This document shows, one piece after another, positions 28,787 through 43,188 of a stretch of DNA of 64,000 nucleotides. Location: positions 36,890,001-36,954,000 of the forward strand of contig OX597838.1 in the NCBI GenBank assembly GCA_951406725.2, given 5' to 3'. The translations under genes were made by a program, and so were the position numbers. The notes beneath the pieces are model-generated. The model was not told the origin of the DNA and made no database searches. It saw nothing but the letters and a program-made list of their open reading frames with translations. Position 1 is the stretch's first letter; the number at the start of each line of letters is the position of its first letter. The stretch is from Octopus vulgaris (taxonomy: Eukaryota).

Positions 28787-29516
28787 CTGTAAATCCTTAA
28801 GTATAATCTGCATTTTTTTCTCAAAATTTAAAGGTCAAAATCCCTAGTGCGTACTATACACAAGGTTAAAAATGAAAAATATTTTCTAAATAATGTCTGA
28901 GTCTCTATTTGCTGTCTGGCAATGTTTATTCAGATGCATTTTGTGATGTTGGGCGCGAAAATACCTTAAGCTGAGCCAGAAAGCAATGAAGTCATAAAAG
29001 AATCATCCATAACTTGCAGTAAGCAACATTTGTTAAACGTTATTACTGTTATTTCTTTATTTTCTGCAAACAAAATGCACAAAAAAGCTACACGTTTGCA
29101 TTATGTTATATATACAATAATATTAAAGAGATGCAGCATGGATTTTTGTCAGTGAAGAGGTCACGGTCTTATTGTGATGAAAATATTTTGACAAATTAAA
29201 CTTTAATATTGAAGTGAATCGAACGGCTTTTGTGTGTTTCTTAAATGGCTTACAAACACCTTCCACGCTGCAATTGTTTTCGTTCCAGCATACGATCTCA
29301 GATCAGGTCACTTGCTATGCAAGTACATCTCCGTAATAATAAAGAACGTTACTGTATACAGTTTTACAAACCAAGGACGTTATATAGACCTCCTTGACTC
29401 AAGTTAGAGAAGGGGGTGCATATTATACACAAGGTTTAGGTTTTATCAGAGGTACAGCCCCCTAAAAATCCCCTGCGTGTTATACTCAAGGGCGGACTAT
29501 ACTCGAGGATTTATGA
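28787..29516. mobile_element. Non-autonomous pogo/Tc1-mariner-superfamily MITE, possibly with a nested MITE at 29123-29336
   Basis: Imperfect TIRs ctgtaaatccttaagtataatctgc / gcggactatactcgaggatttatga with TA flanks; nested piece has ends ttaaagagatg / catctccgtaa. Confidence 0.65.
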
Positions 29517-29954
29517 TAATCAAAATCTGAAAGCCACAAGATTAATACTTGATTAATTCAAAGCAATATGAATAAACAATCATTACATTTGACAAAATAA
29601 TCTGAATGTTAATGGGTTAAAGACTACAGTGAATGCTAAGTCTACGGAATCGGTCTCTCTGTGCTTCCTGGAGATATATTTGGTTGCAGTATTCCTTTTT
29701 ATATCACAGTTTATCATCTGAAATTGTTTTTGTCTGTCTCCTACTTAATAACACACATCTTTATTGGCCCTCTAACCTTTGTCATTCATTATAACAGAAT
29801 AACATTATAACAGAATAACAGAATATCACATTCTGGCATTCTCTTTTGTTTATTTCTGCTCTCTTCTCCCTTTGTCTGTCGGCTTCCCGCCGTTCAGTGT
29901 TGTCATCATCATTGTCAATGCTGCTGTCATCATTAACATCATCATCATCATCAT

Positions 29955-30076
29955 CCCCTCCTTCTCCTTTCTTCTTTCTCTTGCTTCTTCCTTTCTCCTT
30001 TTTTCCCTTCCTCCCCTCTTCTTCTTCTTCTTCTTCTTCCCCTTCTCCTCCTCCTCCTTCTTCTTCCTCTTCTTAT

Positions 30077-30110
<34 letters not shown>

Positions 30111-30129
30111 TTTCTTCTTCCCCTTCTTA

Positions 30130-30165
<36 letters not shown>

Positions 30166-30345
30166 TCTTCTTCTCTTTCTTCTTTTTCTTCTTCTTTTCT
30201 CCTTCTTTTCTTCTTTCCCCCTCTTCTTCTTCTTCTTCTTCTTCTTCTTCTTCCCCTTCTCCTCCTCCTCCTTCTTCTTCCTCTTCTTATTTTTCTTCTT
30301 CTTCTTCTTCTTCTTCTTCTTCTTCTTCTTCTTCTTCTTCTTCCT
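29955..30345. repeat. (TTC)n / polypyrimidine tract
   Basis: About 390 nt almost purely C/T. Confidence 0.95.
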
Positions 30346-30598
30346 CCCCACCGCCATACTGTCCACTACTCTGCTTCCCTCTTGATTCTGTCAATTTCCC
30401 AGATTGCAAGTGTTAAAGTATTTCATAACCATTCATCTTTTTCTCTCCATCTTTTGCAAATACTTCTTGCGGGGATTTCTTAACACTTCACAATTCTATG
30501 TTTGTCTCTTGGACTTCCCAATCTCCCAAACACTTGCCACACACACAAACACACACACTGGTACACACACACAATAAAATAAGACTTTTTAATATTTT

Positions 30599-30778
30599 GC
30601 GCAGGAGTGGCTGTGTGGTAAGTAGCTTGCTAACCAACCACATGGTTCCGGGTTCAGTCCCACTGTGTGGCATTTTGGGCAAGTGTCTTCTGCTATAGCC
30701 CCGGGCCAACCAATGCCTTGTGAGTGGATTTGGTAGACGGAAACTGAAAGAAGCCTGTCGTATATATGTATATATATG

Positions 30779-30809
<31 letters not shown>

Positions 30810-31008
30810 CTCTGCTTGCCCCCCTAGCATTGCTTGACAACCGATGCTGGTGTTTTTACGTCCCCGTTACTTAGCGGTTCAGTAAAAGAGACTGATAGAA
30901 TAAGTACTGGTCTTACAAAGAATAAGTCCCAGGGTCGATTTGCTCGACTAAAGGCAGTGCTCCAGCATGGCCACAGTCAAATGACTGAAACCAGTAAAAT
31001 AGTAAAGA
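30599..31008 (+). mobile_element. SINE family 1
   Basis: Full-length copy. Confidence 0.9.
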
Positions 31009-31464
31009 GTATGAGAAACATACAGCCTACGAAATAAAGTCACTTGATAGAAATATATAGAATTTGATACATGTTTACATGTAACTATGAATGTTGGTTT
31101 TGTTGAACCACATGTTCGGTCAAATTTACATAATGGATAAAAACCAAAAAAAAAAAGAAAAAAAGACTGAAGGATTTATTGAAGAGAATGCTGCATTTCA
31201 AGTGATTATCTTATTGTTTAAATCAACTGTTTTTTATTGTCCATCACAATTTTCATTGAAACTACTGAGAAAGAAATTTGTTGTGGGTTGGCAGATCAAA
31301 ACTAGCTCAGTTCTTTTATTTCGGGATTTGAGAAGTGTTGTGAAATGTGCCAAAACTCCTCATATATGTGTGTGAATATGTTTATGTGTGTACATGTGTA
31401 TGTGTGTGTGTGTGTACATGTGTATGTGTGTGTGTGTGTACATGTATATGAATGTGTGTGTATG

Positions 31465-31518
<54 letters not shown>

Positions 31519-32109
31519 CACCATCCAAGATGGCACATCTTTATATGTATGTGTGTCTTTATATGTATATATGTATATATCCATGATAATAAATGCAAAA
31601 TTCTGTCTGTCTGGGACCCCTGTATATCAGTCTACATAGATATATTATACCGTTTTGGAATCAGGGTAATCCCAGAATTGAAAATCTGCCCTTGGTTTGG
31701 TTCTTGAGCATCCAACATTGAGATCTCATTTAAAAGCAGTTGGGTTGCTATTTCTAGCAGGCAAAGTTTGCCTGATTCATACCATCATGGATGGCATTCA
31801 TCAGATGATGTCAGAGATTGAGGGGAGGGGAGATAAATGACATTTGCTTCATTAATTTTGCATCGAGATAAGAAGTTTGGGACAAACTGGCCAACAGTTG
31901 GAATTCAGCTTAGACTGGAACAATAGAATGATTGCATAACAGAAGTAATTCTCATCCATCCTTAACCCCTGATCAAACACCACCAGGTCATATAGTTGTT
32001 ATACATGTATTACAGTCATGCTATTTAGCTCTCTTTAGTTTTGGGGCAAAAGCTCAATCAGCCCCCTGCAGGAGCTAGCTGAAAAGTCTGCATGAAATGC
32101 AGCTTTTCC

Positions 32110-32363
32110 GTAGAAGAAAAAATTCAAATCGGACTACTTTAACACCAAAAATTATTTACATCAAAAAGATGCTTTTATTCTATGAAAATCCCTATTTTTT
32201 ACGATTTTTTGACTGCTGTGTCACCATTTTTCGGTGTATTTCAACCAGAAAAATGTTCACTTAAAGAGAATAACAAGCTACATAATGCAATATTTTTACT
32301 TTTCAAAAATTCCAATTCTGAATGGTCGAAACAGACCCGAGCAACGCCAGGCGGTACTGCTAG
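32110..32363 (+). mobile_element. Helitron-like 3' end
   Basis: Ends acccgagcaacgccaggcggtactgCTAG followed by T, the same terminus as the 13497 and 43189 family. Confidence 0.65.
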
Positions 32364-32859
32364 TATATATATATATATATATATATACACATAAATACAT
32401 ACACATTCATACACATGTATATATATAGAGAGAGAGATGTATACATGCACACACACACACACACACTAATTTGAAACAAGTTACCTTCACATCAGAACTC
32501 AGAACATTCTGCTGCAAAACAAAACCAGATCAATAATGTAGGAAACATCTGATCAAAAATTTAAAGTCTTCGGTGACTTTGCTCCGTCCCTCTCTGGAAT
32601 TTATCAATTTTATAGTGTTAAGTCGCAGACAATGAAGACTTATTTTATTTATTCATTTATCTGTTTTATTTGTTTTACAGTTTTTTCTTCTTCTTTTTGT
32701 CGTTCATGCTTTGCTTTTATTTTTTTTTTGTTTTTATTTTGTGTTCCGTTCCCCTGCTGTAAAATGTTCTGCGGTTTATTAGATAATTTATTTCTATTAA
32801 TGATAACAAGATCAGTGCCAACTCTTCATAGCCTATGTGCCTATGTGAAATGCAAGTGG

Positions 32860-32890
<31 letters not shown>

Positions 32891-33036
32891 CATGTATGTA
32901 TGTATGCATACGTATATAAATATATATACATATACACACACACACATATATATACAAACATATATATGTATACATATATATATACATATATACACACTCA
33001 TGTATATATAAATATATCTATATATGTATACATACG

Positions 33037-33078
<42 letters not shown>

Positions 33079-33186
33079 TATGTACACATGCATATATATG
33101 TATGCACACACAGACATATATATGTATATATATTCATATATATATATATGTGTGTGTGTGTATATATATATATATCTATATAATAT

Positions 33187-33231
<45 letters not shown>

Positions 33232-33301
33232 CATACATATATAGATACATAGATACATATGCATGCATACATACATATATACATAAATGAATGCGTATGT
33301 G

Positions 33302-33334
<33 letters not shown>

Positions 33335-33749
33335 ATTTATACACGCTGGCACACACACACATGATGGGAGTGAAACGAAAGTGAATTAAGTAAGAAATAA
33401 CTGCGACTGGCCAGTGGCATGTATTCAAGCAACAAAGGCCATTAAACTTCTATAAAAGCACTGCACAACATTACTTCTTGGTTTATTGTAATCATATTCA
33501 CTGGCAGAGAAGGTAGAAGAACCACCTGAAGTGGAGCAGGCCCAATACAGAGCCTTGTGGGACTCCACTATTAATCTCGTTGAATTTCCTCATTCACCAG
33601 CAGTCAACCAGGGCCAATATGGCCTTTTGGGGTCTTTATAAGATTTGTTAAAATTTATGGGCAATAATCTGTTTATACTTCCACACTACACCAAATATCG
33701 TTATTTTTAATGCAATTCATAATCACACAGTATAAAATTGTTTTGTTTT

Positions 33750-34128
33750 TTGTCTTTGGTCAGTAAGTGTTATTTCGTATTTGCTTCTATCTAGAAATCA
33801 AAGTAAGTGACTACTATTCCCTTCAAACTTTGCTTTTCTGACCTAGACATAAATATTTTGAAATTGACCTGTTTTCCAGTACATTTCAGATAGATTTAGC
33901 CCTGAGTTGTTGCAGCAGTAATAATCTGCTTGTCTTTGGTTAGTGAGTGTTGTGTCCTGTGTCCTTCTATATAGAAATCAAACTATTTGAGGGAGAGGTG
34001 AGATCTCAAGTAACCATTCCTTTCAAACTTTACTTTTGCGACCTGGACATCGATGTTTTGAAACTGACCTATTTTCCATTACATTTCTTATAGATTCAGC
34101 ACTGAGTTACTCAAGCAGAATCATCGTT
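33750..34128. repeat. Diverged tandem duplication, two units of about 180-200 bp
   Basis: ttgtctttggt.agt.agtgtt...tagaaatcaaa...ttcaaacttt...gacct.gacat...acatttc occurs at 33750 and 33930. Confidence 0.75.
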
Positions 34129-34303
34129 ATAGCAAATAATCTGAAAAATACAAAAATTGCTTGCCGGTTGTTTGACCATAACCACTTGAGCATATCCCTT
34201 AGCGTCTGACAATGTGGGCATCTCTGATTACGAGCAGGAATAGTGGGGGAGCATCATAGGCATGTGTTGAGAGGGAATCTTTTCAGAGGGATTTCTTTTC
34301 ATA

Positions 34304-34682
34304 GGTGTAGGAGTTATTGTGTGGTAAGTAGCTTGTTTACGAACCACATGGTTCCGGGTTCAGTCCCACTCCATGGCACCTTGGGCAAGTGTCTTCAACT
34401 ATAGCCTCAGGCTGACCAAAGCCTTGTGAGTAGACTAAGAAGCCCGTCGTCCATATGTATATGTATGTATGTGTGTGTGTATGCTTGTATGTCTGCATTT
34501 GTCCCTCCAACATCGCCTGACAACCGATGCTGGTGTGTTTACATCCCCGTAACTTAGCAGTTCGGCAAAAGAGACCGATAGAATAAGTACTAGGCTTACA
34601 AAGAATAAGTCCTGGCATCGATTTGCTCAACTAAAAGTGGTGCTCCAGCAAGGTCGCAGTCAAATGACTGGAACAAGTAAAA
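34304..34682 (+). mobile_element. SINE family 1
   Basis: Copy with a small internal deletion. Confidence 0.85.
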
Positions 34683-34908
34683 GTTTGAATAAATGTAACA
34701 AAAACAAAGTCTGAAGGTGATCTTAGCCATTTTTCATACTTTCAAGAAGAAAGCAAAAAGGAAATAACAGTTGTAACCCAAGGACAAAAATCGTGTTGCC
34801 CATCACTAGAGATGATATAACAAGATAAACACTGCAGTAACTGTCCTGCCAATAGTTTGCATACATTAAGCATAATACATACCATATTTTCCAGCATACA
34901 AGACAATA

Positions 34909-35305
34909 GGCGCAGGAGTGGCTGTGTGGTAAGTAGCTTGCTAACCAACCACATGGTTCCGGGTTCAGTCCCACTGCGTGGCATCTTGGGCAAGTGTCTT
35001 CTGCTATAGCCCCGGGCCGACCGATGCCTTGTGAGTGGATTTGGTAGACGGAAACTGAAAAGAAGCCTGTCATATATATGTATATGTGTGTGTCTATGTG
35101 TTTGTGTGTCCGTGTTTGTCCCCCTAGCATTGCTTGACAACCGATGCTGGTGTGTTTACGTCCCCGTCATTTAGCGGTTCGGCAAAAGAGACCGACAGAA
35201 TAAGTACTGGGTTTACAAAGAATATGTCCCGGGGTCGATTTGCTCGACTAAAAAGCGGTGCTCCAGCATGGCCTCAGTCAAATGACTGAAACAAGTAAAA
35301 GAGAG
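34909..35305 (+). mobile_element. SINE family 1
   Basis: Full-length copy. Confidence 0.9.
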
Positions 35306-35892
35306 TATGTAATGCCAGAAAATATTGTTGACACCTGCTTCTAAGAAAATGCCATCGTGGACAAATAATTCCTGTTATGTCCCTTTTTTTATAATTTCTG
35401 GGGGTAAACAAATAGGAAGAAAAGTTGCTGTCCAAGAACAAAAATTGTGTCACGCAGTGTATTAGCTGTTAATAAAAATATAACAGGACTTTCTAATCAT
35501 GTGGTTGATAAACAAGCTACTTACCACACAGCCACTCCTGTGCCTATACTAATACATCTGTTTGTTTTCTACACCACCTGTCTTCGTCTTTTGTTTTTTT
35601 CGTGAATTCTCCCTATACATATCAAACATACACACATATTCACTGCTGTGTATTTGCATATGAACACTGACATGCCCTCACAAATATCTGTATATAAAAT
35701 ATTGTAATATTTTGTATTGTTTTGCCTTCAGGGTTCCATAAGCAATTTGCATAAATGTTTGGAATATAACAATTGTAGATGTTCTCCATATTAATGTGTG
35801 TTTGTATGTGTATGTGCATATTTATACCTATGTTTATGCATCTGTATATGTGTCTGTGTGTGTGTATGTGTATAGAAGTACCTATTGCTATA

Positions 35893-36200
35893 TCACATGA
35901 TCACGTGACCGACCAGGCTATCAGATGTTGCTACACATCGCTGGTCACAATCCGCTTCACATTGTTTTAGCCTTCAAATGACGCCACCCTACTGGCTAAG
36001 TGAGCAGACCAACAGAAGAAAGAGTGAGAGAAAGTTGCGGCGAAAGAGTACAGCAGGGATCGCCACCACCCTTTGTCGGAGTCTTGTGGAGCTTTAGGTG
36101 TTTTCACTCAATAAACACTCATAACGCCCGATCTGGGAATTGAGACTGCGATCCTATGACCTCGATTCCGCTGCCCTAACCACTGGACCATTGTGCCTCC
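35893..36200 (-). mobile_element. tRNA-derived SINE, family 3
   Basis: Minus-strand head ggaggcacaatggtccagtggttagggcagcgg; homologues at 48768-49030 (+) and 55585-55874 (-). Confidence 0.8.
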
Positions 36201-36214
36201 ATGCTATTGCTCTA

Positions 36215-36645
36215 TGTAGATGGAAAATGCAAAAGAAAAGGGATCATGAAGACATGGGACACATTGAACTTCACAGATGAGATGATTGGCAATTTTGAGA
36301 AGGACTGAGAGAGAGCAAAGATGAGAGAAATGTGTGGTGTGAGGCTGCTTGATAAGAGGAGGACTGAGGACTTGATGGGGATGCTGGAGAGGGCGAATGG
36401 AGTGCAGTGGTATGAGGAGCATGTGTTGAGGAGGGTGCTAGAGTTTGAGGTAAATGGACAGCGAAAGTGAGGCAGACCAAGGAAAACATGGAGGAGACAG
36501 GTGGAAGAGGAGTTTGGGAGGGTTGGCTTGAAAAGGGAGGGGATGCCTAAAACTGGGCAAGATGGCGAGATGGTGTGAAGGTGGTTGCTATGGCATTGAG
36601 GTAGATCTGGCCACCCTCGTTAATGGGGACAAAACACAGGATGAT
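36215..36645 (+). pseudogene. RTE-like LINE 3' fragment
   Basis: RANGVQWY..HVLRRVLEFEVNGQRK*GRPRKTWRRQVEEE. Confidence 0.75.
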
Positions 36646-36800
36646 GAAGGAAACCAATCTGTATTGACTAAATTAAGGTCATAGAAGGTCTTTGCACTCG
36701 CATTATTCTGTCGCACTTTGCATCCTCTAATTCCCCCTCATCTCTTTTATCTATGGCAATATTCAGCTGCTATAATCCTTTGAGTGCAGAAAATATTTCT

Positions 36801-37028
36801 CGGCGAGCTGGCAGAATTGTTAGCATGCCGGGCGAAATGCATAGCTGTATTTCGTCTGTCGTTACGTTCTGAGTTCGAATTCCGCCGAGGTCGACTTTGC
36901 CTTTCATCCTTTCGGGGTCGATAAATTAAGTACCAGTTATGCACTGGGGTCGATGTAATCGAATTAATCCCTTTGTCTGTCCTTGTTTGTCCCCTCTGTG
37001 TTTAGCCCCTTGTGGGCAATAAAGAAAT
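36801..37028 (+). mobile_element. SINE family 2, well-preserved copy
   Basis: Head ggcgagctggcagaattgttagcatgccgggcgaaatgc, B-box-like gagttcgaattcc, conserved central domain, tail aataaagaaata. Confidence 0.88.
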
Positions 37029-37203
37029 ATATATATATATATATATATATATAAGCCAAAATGTCTAAGGGCAGAACAAGTGGACGATAACATATGGTCT
37101 CAATGAATAAGCTGGCAGAAAAGGACAATGCACGGCAGACTGGCTTAGAAGGCACAGCCCAAACAATTCTTGGAATGATGACTGTGCATTGCAGTTTCAT
37201 CGT

Positions 37204-37602
37204 GAGTGGCTGTGTGGTAAGTAGCTTGCTAACCAACCACACGGTTCCAGGTTCAGTCCCACTGTGTGGCACCTTGGGCAAGTGTCTTCTGCTATAGCCC
37301 CGAGCCGACCAATGCCTTGTGAGTGGATTTGGTAGACGGAAACTGAAAGAAGCCCGTCATATATATGTATATATATATGTGTGTGCGTGTATGTTTGTGT
37401 GTTTTTGTCCCCCTAGCATTGCTTGACAACCGATGCTGGTGTGTGTTTACGTCCCCGTTACTTAGCGGTTCGGCAAAAGAGACCGATAGAATAAGTACTG
37501 GGCTTACAAAAGAATAAGTCCCGGGGTCGAGTTGCTCGATTAAAGGCGGTGCTCCAGCATGGCCGCAGTCAAATGACTGAAACAAGTAAAAGAGTAAAAG
37601 AG
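37204..37602 (+). mobile_element. SINE family 1
   Basis: Full-length copy. Confidence 0.9.
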
Positions 37603-38153
37603 TATATATATACATACAAATACAATATTAAGTATTTTGTTTGGTTTAGTTTGGTTTAATTTAACTTTGTTAGACCTACTTGGTCCTATCTTCTGAATGA
37701 AGTGCAGATTGCAGTAAAATGACTGCCTTCAGTCATGCATGACCATGGGATTGCACTTAGAAAGTTACCCTTTAGAGGCACAAGTCTGAGCATAGTTGTT
37801 TATGGAAGCTAGCAGTCGCCCATGCATACCAGCCTTGCCTCTCCACGCCACCAATGTTGTCTGAGGGAAAGGCAACAGCCAATACAGCTTGGCACCAGTG
37901 ACATCACAACTCATTTCTGCAACTGAGTGAACTGGAGCAACTTGAAATATAGTGTCTTGCTCAAGAAAACAATACAGCCTGGTCCAGGAATCAAAATCAC
38001 TATCTCACAATTGTGGGTCCGATGCTCTAACCACTGAGCCATGCACTGGCGTAGTCTATTTCATCATGGTGTATGAGGTAATAATAATCAAAACATAGAC
38101 TGTTATTAACTGATGCAATGATTGTCACCCAACTTCGAATATATATGAACATA

Positions 38154-38318
38154 GGCGCAGGAGTGGCTGTGTGGTAAGTAGCTTGCTAACCAACCACATG
38201 GTTTCGGGTTCAGTCCCACTGCGTGGCATCTTGGGCAAGTGTCTTCTGCTATAGCCTCGGGCCGACCAATGCCTTGTGAGTGGATTTGGTAGACGGAAAC
38301 TGAAAGAAGCCCGTCGTA

Positions 38319-38377
<59 letters not shown>

Positions 38378-38595
38378 TTGTGTTTGACCCCCTAGCATTG
38401 CTTGACAACCGATGCTGGTGTGTTGGTGTGTTTATGTCCCCGTTACTTAGCGGTTTGGCAAAAAGAGACCGATAGAGTAAGTACCGGGCTTACAAAAAGA
38501 ATAAGTTCCGGGGTCGAGTTGCTCGACTAAAAAAAGGCGGTGCTCCAGCATGGCCGCAATCAAATGACTGAAACAAGTAAAAGAGTAAAAGAGAG
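38154..38595 (+). mobile_element. SINE family 1
   Basis: Full-length copy. Confidence 0.9.
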
Positions 38596-38865
38596 TATGC
38601 TTTCAAGTGAAATACGGTTTTTTGAAGCATTTTTTTCTTTTAAGAAACACAAAGAACAAGCAATGAAGTGGGAGAGAGAGAAAATGAAATATATATGGGC
38701 ATCTTTGTGGGGTAAGACATTAGCTTCTCAATCACATGGTTTTAAGTTCAAGCACACTGCAAGGCACCTTAGTCAAGAGTCTTCTGCTATACCACATGGC
38801 CAACCAGAACCTTGTGAGTGGATATGGTAGACAGAAACTGAAAGAAGCCAGTCGTATATAAGATG

Positions 38866-39189
38866 TATATTGTGTAAAGGATCACGGGTAAGGCCAGATC
38901 AATGTGAAGTGAATGCAAGGCAGATCACAAGAAAGCAAGTATGTATGAATTAATGTAGACTTACCTTGCATTCAATATTTTGGAGGTTATGACCCCATCC
39001 TTAGGAAATTAATGTATGTTGCACACACATCTGCAACATATGTTAATTTCCTGAGGATGGGGTCATAACCCCGAAATATTGAATGCAAGGTAAGTCGACA
39101 TTAATTCATATATACTTGCTTTCTTGTGATCTGCCTTGCATTTACTTTGCATTGATCTGGTCTTACCCATGATCCTTTATACAGTATAT
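38866..39189. mobile_element. Fold-back element, family D (about 155-bp arms), inserted in the internal microsatellite of an old SINE; hammerhead motif at 39047-39083
   Basis: Inverted arms around gcacacacatctgc; ttc-CTGAGGA-t-ggggt(cata)acccc-GAAA-ta-TT-gaa. Confidence 0.85.
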
Positions 39190-39425
39190 TCTACACAATG
39201 CTTTACAGTAACTATTATATACACTCATATGTATGTATGTGTGTTTGATTGTGTGTGTCTCCTCTTTGTGATTGTCTCTCCACCATCGCTTGACAACTGG
39301 CGTTGGTTTGTTTATGTTCTTGTAACTTAGTGTTTTGGCAAAGAGACTGAGAAAATAAGTACCATAAGACCCTGCAAGTCGGTGCCCCAGCATGGACACA
39401 CACACACACACACATATATATATAC

Positions 39426-39651
39426 TTTATTTAAAGCAGCAGAAAATTCAACAAAACCTGTTACTCTGAGTTTCCCGTTCCCGTTCGTCGGACAGTTTTT
39501 TCTAGCAAAAACTGTCCGATGAACGGCAACGGGAAACTCAGAGTAACAGGTTTTGTTGAATTTTCTGCTGCTTTAGATAAGGCATATTACTCTACCACTG
39601 GTATTTGAGTACTCTTTTTTCCACCTTGTTTCGCATTTATGTGTTTACTTC

Positions 39652-39653
<2 letters not shown>
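39426..39653. mobile_element. Fold-back element family A, asymmetric copy with CCGA-core hammerheads
   Basis: Same centre ttttttctagcaaaaa as 3761-4059; ctgt-CCGATGA-acggcaacgg-GAAA-ctcagag-TA-acag. Confidence 0.88.
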
Positions 39654-39690
<37 letters not shown>

Positions 39691-39708
39691 GCATATACAC
39701 ATATGTAT

Positions 39709-39741
<33 letters not shown>

Positions 39742-40511
39742 CACACACTCATATATATATGTATATGTATACACACACATATATAGATGTATATGCATGG
39801 ATATGTATATTACATGGAAAAAATGTGAGCAAGAGAAATAAGAGTAATAAAGTTATTACTCTTGGAAAAGTTCAAGACAAATTATTACATCTGGTAAAGT
39901 ACAGAACAAGAAATTTTTTACTTAAAATATTGCAGTTATGGAAAAAATTTCATATAAAATATTTAGATTTAGAAAATATTAGCGTTTATTAAAGCTAAAC
40001 ATTTTATTATAAGTTATTACTTCTATTTGCTATTACTTGTTACTTCTATTAAAAATTAGAAATAAATCAAAATATTTTTTGCACTTTGAAATAATTCATT
40101 TTTTTAATTATTAATTAATAATCAGAAATCTGAAAATAGGTTATAAAAAATAATGGTAGTTCATAATTAGTACAATAAATAGAATAATACAAAAATCGTT
40201 TATATATTACAGTAAAATCTACCTATAACTACAAATTCACAATAAAATTTGCTTGAGTTATTGCCTAAGTTACTGCCAAGTCTTCACATTTTTAGTCTTG
40301 ACTCAATGTCTATTTTTGACATAATGAATTTGCCTACCAGATATACTATTCTACTTTGTATAAAACTTTAGCTATATTGGTGCTTCTGGCTCTTATTTTT
40401 TAAGTAATCTAGTGTGTCAATATTTTAATAAAATGATGGTACCTTTTTTAATTATAATGTTACTTCGTAAATCAAAATCAAATAATTTTTGATATTCAAA
40501 TTTTATCCGTA

Positions 40512-40925
40512 GGCGCAGGAGTGGCTGTGTGGTAAGTAGCTTGCTAACCAACCACATGGTTCTGGGTTCAGTCCCACTGCGTGGCATCTTGGGCAAGTGT
40601 CTTCTGCTATAGCCTCGGGCCGACCAATGCCTTTGAGTGGATTTGGTAGATGGAAACTGAAAGAAGCCTGTCGTATATATGTATATATATATATAAGTGT
40701 GTGTGTATATGTTTGTGTGCCTGTGTTTGTCCCCCTAGCATTGCTTGACAACCGATGCTGGTGTGTTTACATCCCCGCCACTTAGCGGTTCGGCAAAAGA
40801 GACCGATAGAATAAGTACTGGGCTTACAAAGAATAAGTCCCGGGGTCGATTTGCTCGACTAAAGGCAGTGCTCCAGCATGGCCGCAGTCAAATGACTGAA
40901 ACAAGTAAAAGTAAAGTAAAAGTAA
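40512..40925 (+). mobile_element. SINE family 1
   Basis: Full-length copy. Confidence 0.9.
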
Positions 40926-41705
40926 ATTGCATCTCATCCTGTCACTTTTGTTAACCCACATCAGCAGTCTGACAACTTTTGTCACCTTGGTAGCTGGAGA
41001 GAAAAACCACACGAAGAAATCGAAAATGGAGCTAATTACTCCATGTCCACATGAAGCAAGATGTCTTGTAGAACATCAGCACAGCATTTACATCCTCCAC
41101 ACAGAGAGAACATGATCACAATCTTCCCTCACTGTTTTATCCACCGAAAACACTATCAACAGGAAGTGAGACATTAAAATCCTCTGTTTGATAGTCACAC
41201 TTTGATCGATTTTATTACAGCTTTCCATTCACTCACATTATAGATAAATTCTACACGGTTTTATTAAAAATTTATCTTCACATCCATTTACATTAACATG
41301 TATATATCTATACTCATTGTATTGTGAGAACGTCGGCACTTAATATTAATTTCAATCTTCTTTTATTTCGCCAACTGAAAGTATCTTCCATACACCACAC
41401 CATTGTATTCTAACAACTGATCTTAACGAGTGTTTTATTTGTTTTTAAATAATTAAAGTAACTGCAATAGTAATTGCAAAAATTAGAAAGATAAATTATA
41501 TCAAAAATTATCCATGAGCTTTTGCAATTTTATCTGAGACATCAGCAATGGTAGAACTCTTTGAATAAATATACCTGAGTAATTTTCGACTTTGAATATA
41601 TTTATTTAAGCATGTGTATGTATGTGTGTGTGAGTGCATGAATATCTGCTTACATGTATATTATGTGTGTATATTTCAATATATTTAAGCATATATATAT
41701 ACATT

Positions 41706-41745
<40 letters not shown>

Positions 41746-41827
41746 GAAAGATAGAAAGATAGATAGATAGATGCATATATATGTACATTATATATGCATA
41801 TAATAAATATCTATAATTCTACATACA

Positions 41828-41871
<44 letters not shown>

Positions 41872-42646
41872 CATATATACACACACCTACTTATATATAT
41901 ATTTATATATGTATTCACATATGTGCATGCATATACATTTATATATGCAAATATACATGTGTATGCCTGCAAGAAGAATATATATACATATCAACTTTAT
42001 ACACATAAACGCATATACATACCTGTATGTAACAGATGTGTGTCAGTGTATGTGTGTGCATGTGTGTATATATATATATATACACATACATACATACATA
42101 CATACACAATACATACATATATAGATATATACACATTCATATACACACATATGCACATTTATGTATGTGCAATGTGCATACGCATATATGCAGCGACTTT
42201 CCATTTGCAGGTTCCACAGAACAACCGTCAACATCCTCCATCATCGTGTTCTTCATGTTTCCCAGAAAACAGGGGAAGCGGTGAATATTAACTCTTAAAT
42301 AGTCACATTTCCGTTATTTCTCCAAGTCAGGCTTTCATCTAATGTACTCAGCGACCATGCCAACACCGGCAACAACAACAACAACAACAACAACGACGAC
42401 AGCAACGACAGCGGCAACAACAACTGTGTTGCCATTTTAATTAGAATTCTTCTCGATAACATTTACTGAATATTTGTGTGGTAGTAGTGTGTGTATGTGT
42501 GTGTGTGTGTATGTATGAGAGAGAGGGTGCGTGTATGTGCGTGTGTGTGGTTAATATACATATATATATATATATATAGATATACATGTCTATGTATATA
42601 GACATACATATAAACATATACAAATGTATGTATGTGTGTGTATATA

Positions 42647-42688
<42 letters not shown>

Positions 42689-43188
42689 CATGTACATATT
42701 TACATATATGTGTGTGTATGTGTACATATATATATGCACAGATACACAGACACATATATACACACACACAAATATATTTATAGCTATATCTGTACATATA
42801 TGTGTGTGTGTGTGTGTAGATATATTTATATACATGCATATATATGCTTACAAACTTGAACATATATATATGTATATTTTCTGGTATGTAAATATATATA
42901 TATATATATATCGCATAATAGTAACAATGGAGTTATTAGCGATAATTACACCACAGCTGGAAATTAATTGTTGGTGAGAATAAGGGATAAACCCACAAAC
43001 TTTTACCCTCATAGCCAACAGGTGGCATGACTGAAGGAGGATGACGCAGTTGGAAGCCGATGAACAGCACCAAGGGGAGATAATCCCCATAGTTTATATC
43101 TGTATCATTCACCCTTCCATGTTTTAAAGAGGCCATAGGCTAACACGTCTTAGGGATTTATGTTTTTCATAAAAAATGATTATATATA

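Noticed and set aside
29846-30483. Phe/Leu/Ser- and Lys-rich ORFs
   Set aside because: Products of the (TTC)n tract.
42199-42290. Possible 70-nt exon (ttccatttgcag|...gaagcg|gtgaat)
   Set aside because: Weak donor site, no recognisable protein similarity, no partner exons.
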